A stretch of 64,000 nucleotides of DNA, taken from the human T2T-CHM13v2.0 reference genome, Homo sapiens. The stretch is taken from NCBI RefSeq assembly GCF_009914755.1, contig NC_060943.1. One strand, 5' to 3'. The notes below the pieces were generated by a model. That model worked only from the letters and a program-made list of their open reading frames with translations, ran no database searches and was not told the origin of the DNA. Every line of letters begins with the position of its first letter. The stretch's first letter is position 1. The position numbers were made by a program, and so were the translations under genes. Below, piece by piece: positions 1 through 11,400 of the stretch.

Positions 1-275
1 TGATGTGTGCATTCAAATCACGGAGTTGAATCTTTCTTTTGTCAGAGCAGTTTTGAAACACTGTTTCTGTGGAATCTGCCAGCGGACACTTGGAGCGCTT
101 TGAGGGCTATGGTGGAGAAGGAAATGTCTTCCCATAAAAACTAGAAAGAAGCATTCTCAGAAACATTTATGTGAAGCGTGCATTCAACTCACAGAGTTGA
201 ACCTTCCTTTTGATACAACAGTTTTGAAACACTCTTTTGAACAATTGCAGGTGAATCTTTGGAGCGCTTTGAAGC

Positions 276-292
276 CTTTGTTGGAAATGGGA
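276..292 (+). promoter_or_regulatory. Degenerate CENP-B box, both CpGs changed to TpG; one per HOR
   Basis: ctttgttggaaatggga. Confidence 0.85.
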
Positions 293-446
293 ATATCTTC
301 ACACACAAACTAGCCAGAAGCATTCTCAGAAACTTCTTTGTAATGTGTGCGTTGAACCCAGAGAGATGAACCTTTCCTTCGATAGAGCAGTTTTGAAACG
401 TGTTTTTGTAAGATCGGCAAGCGGATAATTGGCTTCGCTTTGTGTC

Positions 447-463
447 CTTTGGTGGAAACGGGA
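447..463 (+). promoter_or_regulatory. Degenerate CENP-B box (TTCG changed to TTTG, right half intact); one per HOR
   Basis: ctttggtggaaacggga; one essential-core mismatch. Confidence 0.88.
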
Positions 464-788
464 ATATCTTCTAATAAAAACTAGACAGAAATATTCTCAG
501 AATCTCCTTTGTGATGTGGGCATTCAACTAACACAATTGAACATTTCTTTTCACAGAGCAGTTTTGAAACACAGTTTTGGTAGAATCTGCCAGTGGATAT
601 TTGGAGCGCTTGGAGGGCTACTGTGCCAATGGAAATATCTGCCCCTGAAAACTAGACAGAAGCATTCTCAGAAACTACTTCGTGATGTTTGCATTCAACA
701 CACAGAGTTGAACATACCTCTTCACAGAGCAGTTTTGAAAACCTCTTTCTGTAGAATCTGCAAGTGGATATTCGGACCACTTTGAGGC

Positions 789-805
789 CTTCATATTAAA
801 CAGTA
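789..805 (+). promoter_or_regulatory. Strongly degenerate CENP-B box site, both CpGs changed to CpA; one per HOR
   Basis: cttcatattaaacagta in this copy; cttcataggaaacagta in most other copies (e.g. 3004-3020). Confidence 0.75.
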
Positions 806-958
806 ATATCTTCACATAAAAACTAGATAGAAGCATTGTCAGAAAGTTCTTTGTGATGTGTGAATTCAACTCACAGAGTTGAACCTTCCTTTAATAGAGC
901 AGTTTTGAAACACTCTTTTTCTAGAATCTGCAAGTAGATATTTCGAGCACTTTGAGGC

Positions 959-975
959 CTTCGTTGGAAACCGGA
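959..975 (+). promoter_or_regulatory. Degenerate CENP-B box (left half intact, CGGG changed to CCGG); one per HOR
   Basis: cttcgttggaaaccgga versus consensus YTTCGTTGGAARCGGGA; one mismatch in the essential NTTCGNNNNANNCGGGN core. Confidence 0.9.
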
Positions 976-1299
976 ATATCTTCACAGGAAAAGTAGATAG
1001 AGGCATTCTCAGAAACTTTTTTGTGATATGTAGATTCAACTCACAGCGTTGAACCTTTCTTTGGATGGAGCAGTTTTGAAAAACTCTTTTATCGAATCTG
1101 CAGGTAGACATTCGGGGTGCTTTGAGGGCTGTGGTGCAAAAGGAAATGTCTTCCCATAGAAACTAGACTGAAGCATTCTCAGCAACTTCTTGGTGACGTT
1201 TGCATTCATCTCACAGTGTTGAACATACCTTTCCATAGAGTGGTTTTGAAACACTGTTTTTGTAGAATCGGCAAGTGGATATTTGGACTGCTTTGAGGC

Positions 1300-1316
1300 C
1301 TTCATCGGAAACGGGA
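1300..1316 (+). promoter_or_regulatory. Degenerate CENP-B box (TTCG changed to TTCA, right half intact); one per HOR
   Basis: cttcatcggaaacggga; one essential-core mismatch. Confidence 0.9.
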
Positions 1317-1979
1317 ATATCTTCACATAAACACTAGAGAGAAGCATTCTCAGAAACTTCTTTGTCATCTGTCCATTCAACTCACAGAGTTGAACCTTCC
1401 TTTTTATGGAGCAGTTTTGAAACACTCCTTTTGGAGAATCTGCAAGTGGATATTTGGAGCGCTTTGAGGCCTATGGTAGAAAAAGAAATATCTGCCTCTA
1501 AAAACCAGACAGAAGCATTCCGAGAAAAGTTCTTTGTGATGTTTGCATTCAACTAGCAGAGTTGAACCTTCCTTTTGATAGGGCAGTTTGGAAACACTCT
1601 TTTTGTAGAATCTTCATGTGGATATCTGGAGCGGTTTGAGGCCTACGGTCAAAAAGGAAATATCTTCCTGGGAAAAATAGACGAAAGCATTCTCAGAAAG
1701 GGCTTTGTGATATGCGCATTCGACTCACCGAGTTGAAACTTTTTTTTGATACAGCAGTTTTGTAACACTCTGTAGAATCTGAAAGTGGATATTTGGAGCT
1801 CTTTGAGGGCTATGGCGGAAAAGAAAATATATTCACATTAAAGTAGACAGCAGCATTCTCAGAAACTTCTTTAGGATGTTTGTAGTAAACTCACAGAGTT
1901 GAACATACCTTTCCGTAGAGCAGTTTTGAAACACTCTGTTTGTGGGATCCGCAAGTGGATATTTGGACCGCTTTGAGAC

Positions 1980-1996
1980 CTTTGCTGGAAATGGGA
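1980..1996 (+). promoter_or_regulatory. Degenerate CENP-B box, both CpGs changed to TpG; one per HOR
   Basis: ctttgctggaaatggga. Confidence 0.85.
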
Positions 1997-4900
1997 ATAT
2001 CTTCACATATAAACTAGACAGAAGCATTCTCAGAAACTTCTTCGTGATGTGTGCATTCTACTCCCGAATGTGAATCTTCCTTTTCATGAAGCAGTTTTGA
2101 AACACTCTGTTTGTGCAATCCACAATTGGATAATTGGAACGCTTTGATGCCCATGGTAGAAAAGGAAATATCTTCATATAAAAACTAGACAGAAGGATTC
2201 ACAGAAAATGCTTTGTGATGTGTGCATTCAAATCACGGAGTTGAATCTTTCTTTTGTGAGAGCAGTTTTGAAACACTGTTTCTGTGGAATCTGCCAGCGG
2301 ACACTTGGAGCGCTTTGAGGGCTATGGTGGAGAAGGAAATATCTTCCCATAAAAACTAGAAAGAAGCATTCTCAGAAACATTTATGTGAAGCGTGCATTC
2401 AACTCACAGAGTTGAACCTTCCTTTTGATACAACAGTTTTGAAACACTCTTTTGAACAATTGCAGGTGAATCTTTGGAGCGCTTTGAAGCCTTTGTTGGA
2501 AATGGGAATATCTTCACACACAAACTAGCCAGAAGCATTCTCAGAAACTTCTTTGTGATGTGTGCGTTGAACCCAGAGAGATGAACCTTTCCTTCGATAG
2601 AGCAGTTTTGAAACGTGTTTTTGTAAGATCGGCAAGCGGATAATTGGCTTCGCTTTGTGTCCTTTGGTGGAAACGGGAATATCTTCTAATAAAAACTAGA
2701 CAGAAATATTCTCAGAATCTCCTTTGTGATGTGGGCATTCAACTAACACAATTGAACATTTCTTTTCACAGAGCAGTTTTGAAACACAGTTTTGGTAGAA
2801 TCTGCCAGTGGATATTTGGAGTGCTTGGAGGGCTATTTTGCCAATGGAAATATCTGCCCCTGAAAACTAGACAGAAGCATTCTCAGAAAGTACTTCGTGA
2901 TGTTTGCATTCAACACACAGAGTTGAACATACCTCTTCACAGAGCACTTTTGAAAACCTCTTTCTGTAGAATCTGCAAGTGGATATTCGGACCACTTTGA
3001 GGCCTTCATAGGAAACAGTAATATCTTCACATAAAAACTAGATAGAAGCATTGTCAGAAAGTTCTTTGTGATGTGTGAATTCAACTCACAGAGTTGAACC
3101 TTCCTTTAATAGAGCAGTTTTGAAACACTCTTTTTCTAGAATCTGCAAGTAGATATTTCGAGCACTTTGAGGCCTTCGTTGGAAACCGGAATATCTTCAC
3201 AGGAAAAGTAGATAGAGGCATTCTCAGAAACTTTTTTGTGATATGTAGATTCAACTCACAGCGTTGAACCTTTCTTTGGATGGAGCAGTTTTGAAAAACT
3301 CTTTTATCGAATCTGCAGGTAGACATTCGGGGTGCTTTGAGGGCTGTGGTGCAAAAGGAAATGTCTTCCCATAGAAACTAGACTGAAGCATTCTCAGCAA
3401 CTTCTTGGTGACGTTTGCATTCATCTCACAGTGTTGAACATACCTTTCCATAGAGTGGTTTTGAAACACTGTTTTTGTAGAATCGGCAAGTGGATATTTG
3501 GACTGCTTTGAGGCCTTCATCGGAAACGGGAATATCTTCACATAAACACTAGAGAGAAGCATTCTCAGAAACTTCTTTGTCATCTGTCCATTCAACTCAC
3601 AGAGTTGAACCTTCCTTTTTATGGAGCAGTTTTGAAACACTCCTTTTGGAGAATCTGCAAGTGGATATTTGGAGCGCTTTGAGGCCTATGGTAGAAAAAG
3701 AAATATCTGCCTCTAAAAACCAGACAGAAGCATTCCGAGAAAAGTTCTTTGTGATGTTTGCATTCAACTAGCAGAGTTGAACCTTCCTTTTGATAGGGCA
3801 GTTTGGAAACACTCTTTTTGTAGAATCTTCATGTGGATATCTGGAGCGGTTTGAGGCCTACGGTCAAAAAGGAAATATCTTCCTGGGAAAAATAGACGAA
3901 AGCATTCTCAGAAAGGGCTTTGTGATATGCGCATTCGACTCACCGAGTTGAAACTTTTTTTTGATACAGCAGTTTTGTAACACTCTGTAGAATCTGAAAG
4001 TGGATATTTGGAGCTCTTTGAGGGCTATGGCGGAAAAGAAAATATATTCACATTAAAGTAGACAGCAGCATTCTCAGAAACTTCTTTAGGATGTTTGTAG
4101 TAAACTCACAGAGTTGAACATACCTTTCCGTAGAGCAGTTTTGAAACACTCTGTTTGTGGGATCCGCAAGTGGATATTTGGACCGCTTTGAGACCTTTGC
4201 TGGAAATGGGAATATCTTCACATATAAACTAGACAGAAGCATTCTCAGAAACTTCTTCGTGATGTGTGCATTCTACTCCCGAATGTGAATCTTCCTTTTC
4301 ATGAAGCAGTTTTGAAACACTCTGTTTGTGCAATCCACAATTGGATAATTGGAACGCTTTGATGCCCATGGTAGAAAAGGAAATATCTTCATATAAAAAC
4401 TAGACAGAAGGATTCACAGAAAATGCTTTGTGATGTGTGCATTCAAATCACGGAGTTGAATCTTTCTTTTGTGAGAGCAGTTTTGAAACACTGTTTCTGT
4501 GGAATCTGCCAGCGGACACTTGGAGCGCTTTGAGGGCTATGGTGGAGAAGGAAATATCTTCCCATAAAAACTAGAAAGAAGCATTCTCAGAAACATTTAT
4601 GTGAAGCGTGCATTCAACTCACAGAGTTGAACCTTCCTTTTGATACAACAGTTTTGAAACACTCTTTTGAACAATTGCAGGTGAATCTTTGGAGCGCTTT
4701 GAAGCCTTTGTTGGAAATGGGAATATCTTCACACACAAACTAGCCAGAAGCATTCTCAGAAACTTCTTTGTAATGTGTGCGTTGAACCCAGAGAGATGAA
4801 CCTTTCCTTCGATAGAGCAGTTTTGAAACGTGTTTTTGTAAGATCGGCAAGCGGATAATTGGCTTCGCTTTGTGTCCTTTGGTGGAAACGGGAATATCTT

Positions 4901-7900
4901 CTAATAAAAACTAGACAGAAATATTCTCAGAATCTCCTTTGTGATGTGGGCATTCAACTAACACAATTGAACATTTCTTTTCACAGAGCAGTTTTGAAAC
5001 ACAGTTTTGGTAGAATCTGCCAGTGGATATTTGGAGCGCTTGGAGGGCTACTGTGCCAATGGAAATATCTGCCCCTGAAAACTAGACAGAAGCATTCTCA
5101 GAAACTACTTCGTGATGTTTGCATTCAACACACAGAGTTGAACATACCTCTTCACAGAGCAGTTTTGAAAACCTCTTTCTGTAGAATCTGCAAGTGGATA
5201 TTCGGACCACTTTGAGGCCTTCATAGGAAACAGTAATATCTTCACATAAAAACTAGATAGAAGCATTGTCAGAAAGTTCTTTGTGATGTGTGAATTCAAC
5301 TCACAGAGTTGAACCTTCCTTTAATAGAGCAGTTTTGAAACACTCTTTTTCTAGAATCTGCAAGTAGATATTTCGAGCACTTTGAGGCCTTCGTTGGAAA
5401 CCGGAATATCTTCACAGGAAAAGTAGATAGAGGCATTCTCAGAAACTTTTTTGTGATATGTAGATTCAACTCACAGCGTTGAACCTTTCTTTGGATGGAG
5501 CAGTTTTGAAAAACTCTTTTATCGAATCTGCAGGTAGACATTCGGGGTGCTTTGAGAGCTGTGGTGCAAAAGGAAATGTCTTCCCATAGAAACTAGACTG
5601 AAGCATTCTCAGCAACTTCTTGGTGACGTTTGCATTCACCTCACAGTGTTGAACATACCTTTCCATAGAGTGGTTTTGAAACACAGTTTTTGTAGAATCG
5701 GCAAGTGGATATTTGGACTGCTTTGAGGCCTTCATCGGAAACGGGAATATCTTCACATAAACACTAGAGAGAAGCATTCTCAGAAACTTCTTTGTCATCT
5801 GTCCATTCAACTCACAGAGTTGAAACTTCCTTTTTATGGAGCAGTTTTGAAACACTCCTTTTGGAGAATCTGCAAGTGGATATTTGGAGCGCTTTGAGGC
5901 CTATGGTAGAAAAAGAAATATCTGCCTCTAAAAACCAGACAGAAGCATTCCGAGAAAAGTTCTTTGTGATGTTTGCATTCAACTAGCAGAGTTGAACCTT
6001 CCTTTTGATAGGGCAGTTTGGAAACACTCTTTTTGTAGAATCTGCATGTGGATATCTGGAGCGGTTTGAGGCCTACAGTCAAAAAAGAAATATCTTCCTG
6101 GGAAAAATAGACGAAAGCATTCTCAGAAAGTGCTTTGTGATATGCGCATTCGACTCACCGAGTTGAAACTTTTTTTTGATACAGCAGTTTTGAAACACTC
6201 TGTAGAATCTGAAAGTGGATATTTGGAGCTCTTTGAGGGCTATGGCGGAAAAGAAAATATATTCACATTAAAGTAGACAGCAGCATTCTCAGAAACTTCT
6301 TTAGGATGTTTGCAGTAAACTCACAGAGTTGAACATACCTTTCCGTAGAGCAGTTTTGAAACACTCTGTTTGTGGGATCCGCAAGTGGATATTTGGACCG
6401 CTTTGAGACCTTTGCTGGAAATGGGAATATCTTCACGTATAAACTAGACAGAAGCATTCTCAGAAACTTCTTCGTGATGTGTGCATTCTACTCCCGAATT
6501 TGAATCTTCCTTTTCATGAAGCAGTTTTGAAACACTCTGTTTGTGCAATCCACAATTGGATAATTGGAACGCTTTGATGCCCATGGTAGAAAAGGAAATA
6601 TCCTCATATAAAAACTAGACAGAAGGATTCACAGAAAATGCTTTGTGATGTGTGCATTCAAATCACGGAGTTGAATCTTTCTTTTGTGAGAGCAGTTTTG
6701 AAACACTGTTTCTGTGGAATCTGCCAGCGGACACTTGGTTCGCTTTGAGGGCTATGGTGGAGAAGGAAATATCTTCCCATAAAAACTAGAAAGAAGCATT
6801 CTCAGAAACATTTATGTGAAGCGTGCATTCAACTCACAGAGTTGAACCTTCCTTTTGATACAACAGTTTTGAAACACTCTTTTGAACAATTGCAGGTGAA
6901 TCTTTGGAGCGCTTTGAAGCCTTTGTTGGAAATGGGAATATCTTCACACACAAACTAGCCAGAAGCATTCTCAGAAATTTCTTTGTGATGTGTGCGTTGA
7001 ACCCAGAGAGATGAACCTTTCCTTCGATAGAGCAGTTTTGAAACGTGTTTTTGTAAGATCGGCAAGCGGATAATTGGCTTCGCTTTGTGTCCTTTGGTGG
7101 AAACGGGAATATCTTCTAATAAAAACTAGACAGAAATATTCTCAGAATCTCCTTTGTGATGTGGGCATTCAACTAACACAGTTGAACATTTCTTTTCACA
7201 GAGCAGTTTTGAAACACTCTTTTGGTAGAATCTGCCAGTGGATATTTGGTGCGCTTGGAGGGCTATTTTGCCAATGGAAATATCTGCCCCTGAAAACTAG
7301 ACAGAAGCATTCTCAGAAACTAATTCGTGATGTTTGCATTCAACACACAGAGTTGAACATACCTCTTCACAGAGCAGTTTTGAAAACCTCTTTCTGTAGA
7401 ATCTGCAAGTGGATATTCGGACCACTTTGAGGCCTTCATAGGAAACAGTAATATCTTCACATAAAAACTAGATAGAAGCATTGTCAGAAAGTTCTTTGTG
7501 ATGTGTGAATTCAACTCACAGAGTTGAACCTTCCTTTAATAGAGCAGTTTTGAAACACTCTTTTTCTAGAATCTGCAAGTAGATATTTGGAGCGCTTTGA
7601 GGCCTTCGTTGGAAACCGGAATATCTTCACAGGAAAAGTAGATAGAGGCATTCTCAGAAACTTTTTTGTGATATGTAGATTCAACTCACAGCGTTGAACC
7701 TTTCTTTGGATGGAGCAGTTTTGAAAAACTCTTTTATCGAATCTGCAGGTAGACATTCGGGGTGCTTTGAGGGCTGTGGTGCAAAAGGAAATGTCTTCCC
7801 ATAGAAACTAGACTGAAGCATTCTCAGCAACTTCTTGGTGACGTTTGCATTCACCTCACAGTGTTGAACATACCTTTCCATAGAGTGGTTTTGAAACACA

Positions 7901-8440
7901 GTTTTTGTAGAATCGGCAAGTGGATATTTGGACTGCTTTGAGGCCTTCATCGGAAACGGGAATATCTTCACATAAACACTAGAGAGAAGCATTCTCAGAA
8001 ACTTCTTTGTCATCTGTCCATTCAACTCACAGAGTTGAAACTTCCTTTTTATGGAGCAGTTTTGAAACACTCCTTTTGGAGAATCTGCAAGTGGATATTT
8101 GGAGCGCTTTGAGGCCTACGGTAGAAAAAGAAATATCTGCCTCTAAAAACCAGACAGAAGCATTCCGAGAAAAGTTCTTTGTGATGTTTGCATTCAACTA
8201 GCAGAGTTGAACCTTCCTTTTGATAGGGCAGTTTGGAAACACTCTTTTTGTAGAATCTGCATGTGGATATCTGGAGCGGTTTGAGGCCTACGGTCAAAAA
8301 GGAAATATCTTCCTGGGAAAAATAGACGAAAGCATTCTCAGAAAGTGCTTTGTGATATGCGCATTCGACTCACCGAGTTGAAACTTTTTTTTGATACAGC
8401 AGTTTTGAAACACTCTGTAGAATCTGAAAGTGGATATTTG

Positions 8441-11400
8441 GAGCTCTTTGAGGGCTATGGCGGAAAAGAAAATATATTCACGTTAAAAAAGTAGACAGCA
8501 GCATTCTCAGAAACTTCTTTAGGATGTTTGCAGTAAACTCACAGAGTTGAACATACCTTTCCGTAGAGCAGTTTTGAAACACTCTGTTTGTGGGATCCGC
8601 AAGTGGATATTTGGACCGCTTTGAGACCTTTGCTGGAAATGGGAATATCTTCACATATAAACTAGACAGAAGCATTCTCAGAAACTTCCTCGTGATGTGT
8701 GCATTCTACTCCCGAATTTGAATCTTCCTTTTCCTGAAGCAGTTTTGAAACACTCTGTTTGTGCAATCCACAATTGGATAATTGGAACGCTTTGATGCCC
8801 ATGGTAGAAAAGGAAATATCCTCATATGAAAACTAGACAGAAGGATTCACAGAAAATGCTTTGTGATGTGTGCATTCAAATCACAGAGTTGAATCTTTCT
8901 TTTGTCAGAGCAGTTTTGAAACACTGTTTCTGTGGAATCTGCCAGCGGACACTTGGAGCGCTTTGAGGGCTGTGGTGGAGAAGGAAATATCTTCCCATAA
9001 AAACTAGAAAGAAGCATTCTCAGAAACATTTATGTGAAGCGTGCATTCAACTCACAGAGTTGAACCTTCCTTTTGATACAACAGTTTTGAAACACTCTTT
9101 TGAACAATTGCAGGTGAATCTTTGGAGCGCTTTGAAGCCTTTGTTGGAAATGGGAATATCTTCACACACAAACTAGCCAGAAGCATTCTCAGAAACTTCT
9201 TTGTGATGTGTGCGTTGAACCCAGAGAGATGAACCTTTCCTTCGATAGAGCAGTTTTGAAACGTGTTTTTGTAAGATCGGCAAGCGGATAATTGGCTTCG
9301 CTTTGTGTCCTTTGGTGGAAACGGGAATATCTTCTAATAAAAACTAGACAGAAATATTCTCAGAATCTCCTTTGTGATGTGGGCATTCAACTAACACAGT
9401 TGAACATTTCTTTTCACAGAGCAGTTTTGAAACACTCTTTTGGTAGAATCTGCCAGTGGATATTTGGAGCGCTTGGAGGGCTATTGTGCCAATGGAAATA
9501 TCTGCCCCTGAAAACTAGACAGAAGCATTCTCAGAAACTACTTCGTGATGTTTGCATTCAACACACAGAGTTGAACATACCTCTTCACAGAGCAGTTTTG
9601 AAAACCTCTTTCTGTAGAATCTGCAAGTGGATATTCGGACCACTTTGAGGCCTTCATAGGAAACAGTAATATCTTCACATAAAAACTAGACAGAAGCATT
9701 GTCAGAAAGTTCTTTGTGATGTGTGAATTCAACTCACAGAATTGAACCTTCCTTCAATAGAGCAGTTGTGAAACACTCTTTTTCTAGAATCTGCAAGTAG
9801 ATATTTGGAGCGCTTTGAGGCCTTCGTTGGAAACCGGAATATCTTCACAGGAAAAGTAGATAGAGGCATTCTCAGAAACTTTTTTGTGATATGTAGATTC
9901 AACTCACAGCGTTGAACCTTTCTTTGGATGGAGCAGTTTTGAAAAACCCTTTTATCGAATCTGCAGGTAGACATTCGGGGTGCTTTGAGGGCTGTGGTGC
10001 AAAAGGAAATGTCTTCCCATAGAAACTAGACTGAAGCATTCTCAGCAACTTCTTGGTGACGTTTGCATTCATCTCACAGTGTTGAACATACCTTTCCATA
10101 GAGTAGTTTTGAAACACTGTTTTTGTAGAATCGGCAAGTGGATATTTGGACTGCTTTGAGGCCTTCATCGGAAACGGGAATATCTTCACATAAACACTAG
10201 AGAGAAGCATTCTCAGAAACTTCTTTGTCATCTGTCCATTCAACTCACAGAGTTGAACCTTCCTTTTTATGGAGCAGTTTTGAAACACTCCTTTTGGAGA
10301 ATCTGCAAGTGGATATTTGGAGCGCTTTGAGGCCTATGGTAGAAAAAGAAATATCTGCCTCTAAAAACCAGACAGAAGCATTCCGAGAAACTCCTTTGTG
10401 ATGTTTGCATTCAACTAGCAGAGTTGAACCTTCCTTTTGATAGGGCAGTTTGGAAACACTCTTTTTGTAGAATCTGCATGTGGATATCTGGAGCGGTTTG
10501 AGGCCTACGGTCAAAAAGGAAATATCTTCCAGGGAAAAATAGACGAAAGCATTCTCAGAAAGTGCTTTGTGATATGCGCATTCGACTCACCGAGTTGAAA
10601 CTTTTTTTTGATAGAGCAGTTTTGAAACACTCTGTAGAATCTGAAAGTGGATATTTGGAGCTCTTTTAGGGCTATGGCGGAAAAGAAAATATATTCACGT
10701 TAAAAAAGTAGACAGCAGCATTCTCAGAAACTTCTTTAGGATGTTTGCAGTAAACTCACAGAGTTGAACATACCTTTCCGTAGAGCAGTTTTGAAACACT
10801 CTGTTTGTGGGATCCGCAAGTGGATATTTGGACCGCTTTGACACCTTTGCTGGAAATGGGAATATCTTCACATATAAACTAGACAGAAGCATTCTCAGAA
10901 ACTTCCTCGTGATGTGTGCATTCTACTCCCGAATTTGAATCTTCCTTTTCATGAAGCAGTTTTGAAACACTCTGTTTGTGCAATCCACAATTGGATAATT
11001 GGAACGCTTTGATGCCCATGGTAGAAAAGGAAATATCCTCATATGAAAACTAGACAGAAGGATTCACAGAAAATGCTTTGTGATGTGTGCATTCAAATCA
11101 CGGAGTTGAATCTTTCTTTTGTCAGAGCAGTTTTGAAACACTGTTTCTGTGGAATCTGCCAGCGGACACTTGGAGCGCTTTGAGGGCTGTGGTGGAGAAG
11201 GAAATATCTTCCCATAAAAACTAGAAAGAAGCATTCTCAGAAACATTTATGTGAAGCGTGCATTCAACTCACAGAGTTGAACCTTCCTTTTGATACAACA
11301 GTTTTGAAACACTCTTTTGAACAATTGCAGGTGAATCTTTGGAGCGCTTTGAAGCCTTTGTTGGAAATGGGAATATCTTCACACACAAACTAGCCAGAAG

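Larger units (their letters stand above)
107..2167 (+). promoter_or_regulatory. Seven A-type (pJalpha-like) box sites per HOR, all imperfect
   Basis: Versus CTAYGGTGRAAAAGGAA: 107 ctatggtggagaaggaa, 618 ctactgtgccaatggaa, 1129 ctgtggtgcaaaaggaa, 1471 ctatggtagaaaaagaa, 1643 ctacggtcaaaaaggaa, 1810 ctatggcggaaaagaaa, 2151 ccatggtagaaaaggaa. Confidence 0.8.
862..3076 (+). repeat. Representative HOR unit (EcoRI to EcoRI, 2215 bp, 13 monomers)
   Basis: gaattc at 862 and 3077; one ggatcc at 1945. Box-to-box monomer lengths starting from the box at 107: 169, 171, 171, 171, 170, 170, 171, 171, 172, 167, 170, 171, 171 = 2215. Confidence 0.95.
1..8440 (+). repeat. HOR haplotype block A (2215-bp units, +1 insertion cgagaaaagttc)
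   Basis: cgagaaaagttctttg at 1521, 3736, 5951, 8166; gatacagc at ~1750, 3965, 6180, 8395; short cacattaaagtag in the first three units. Confidence 0.85.

Noticed and set aside
429-785. 118-aa + strand ORF (MASLCVLWWKREY...) recurring in almost every unit
   Set aside because: It starts at TTG, is a translation of two alphoid monomers, and persists only because the DNA copies are nearly identical. It is frameshifted at ~36127. No recognisable protein family.
959-975. Functional CENP-B box / active centromere call
   Set aside because: It reads CCGG rather than CGGG in the essential core in every copy inspected.
1036-1425. 129-aa and other minus-strand ORFs (…FQNCS…KKFLRMLLSS… peptides)
   Set aside because: Typical antisense alpha-satellite translations with a ~57-aa (171 bp) period; they are gained and lost freely through single SNVs and indels.
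8481-8490. A6 versus A3 as a sequencing homopolymer error
   Set aside because: Present in 16 consecutive units and linked to several substitutions, so it is a real haplotype marker.
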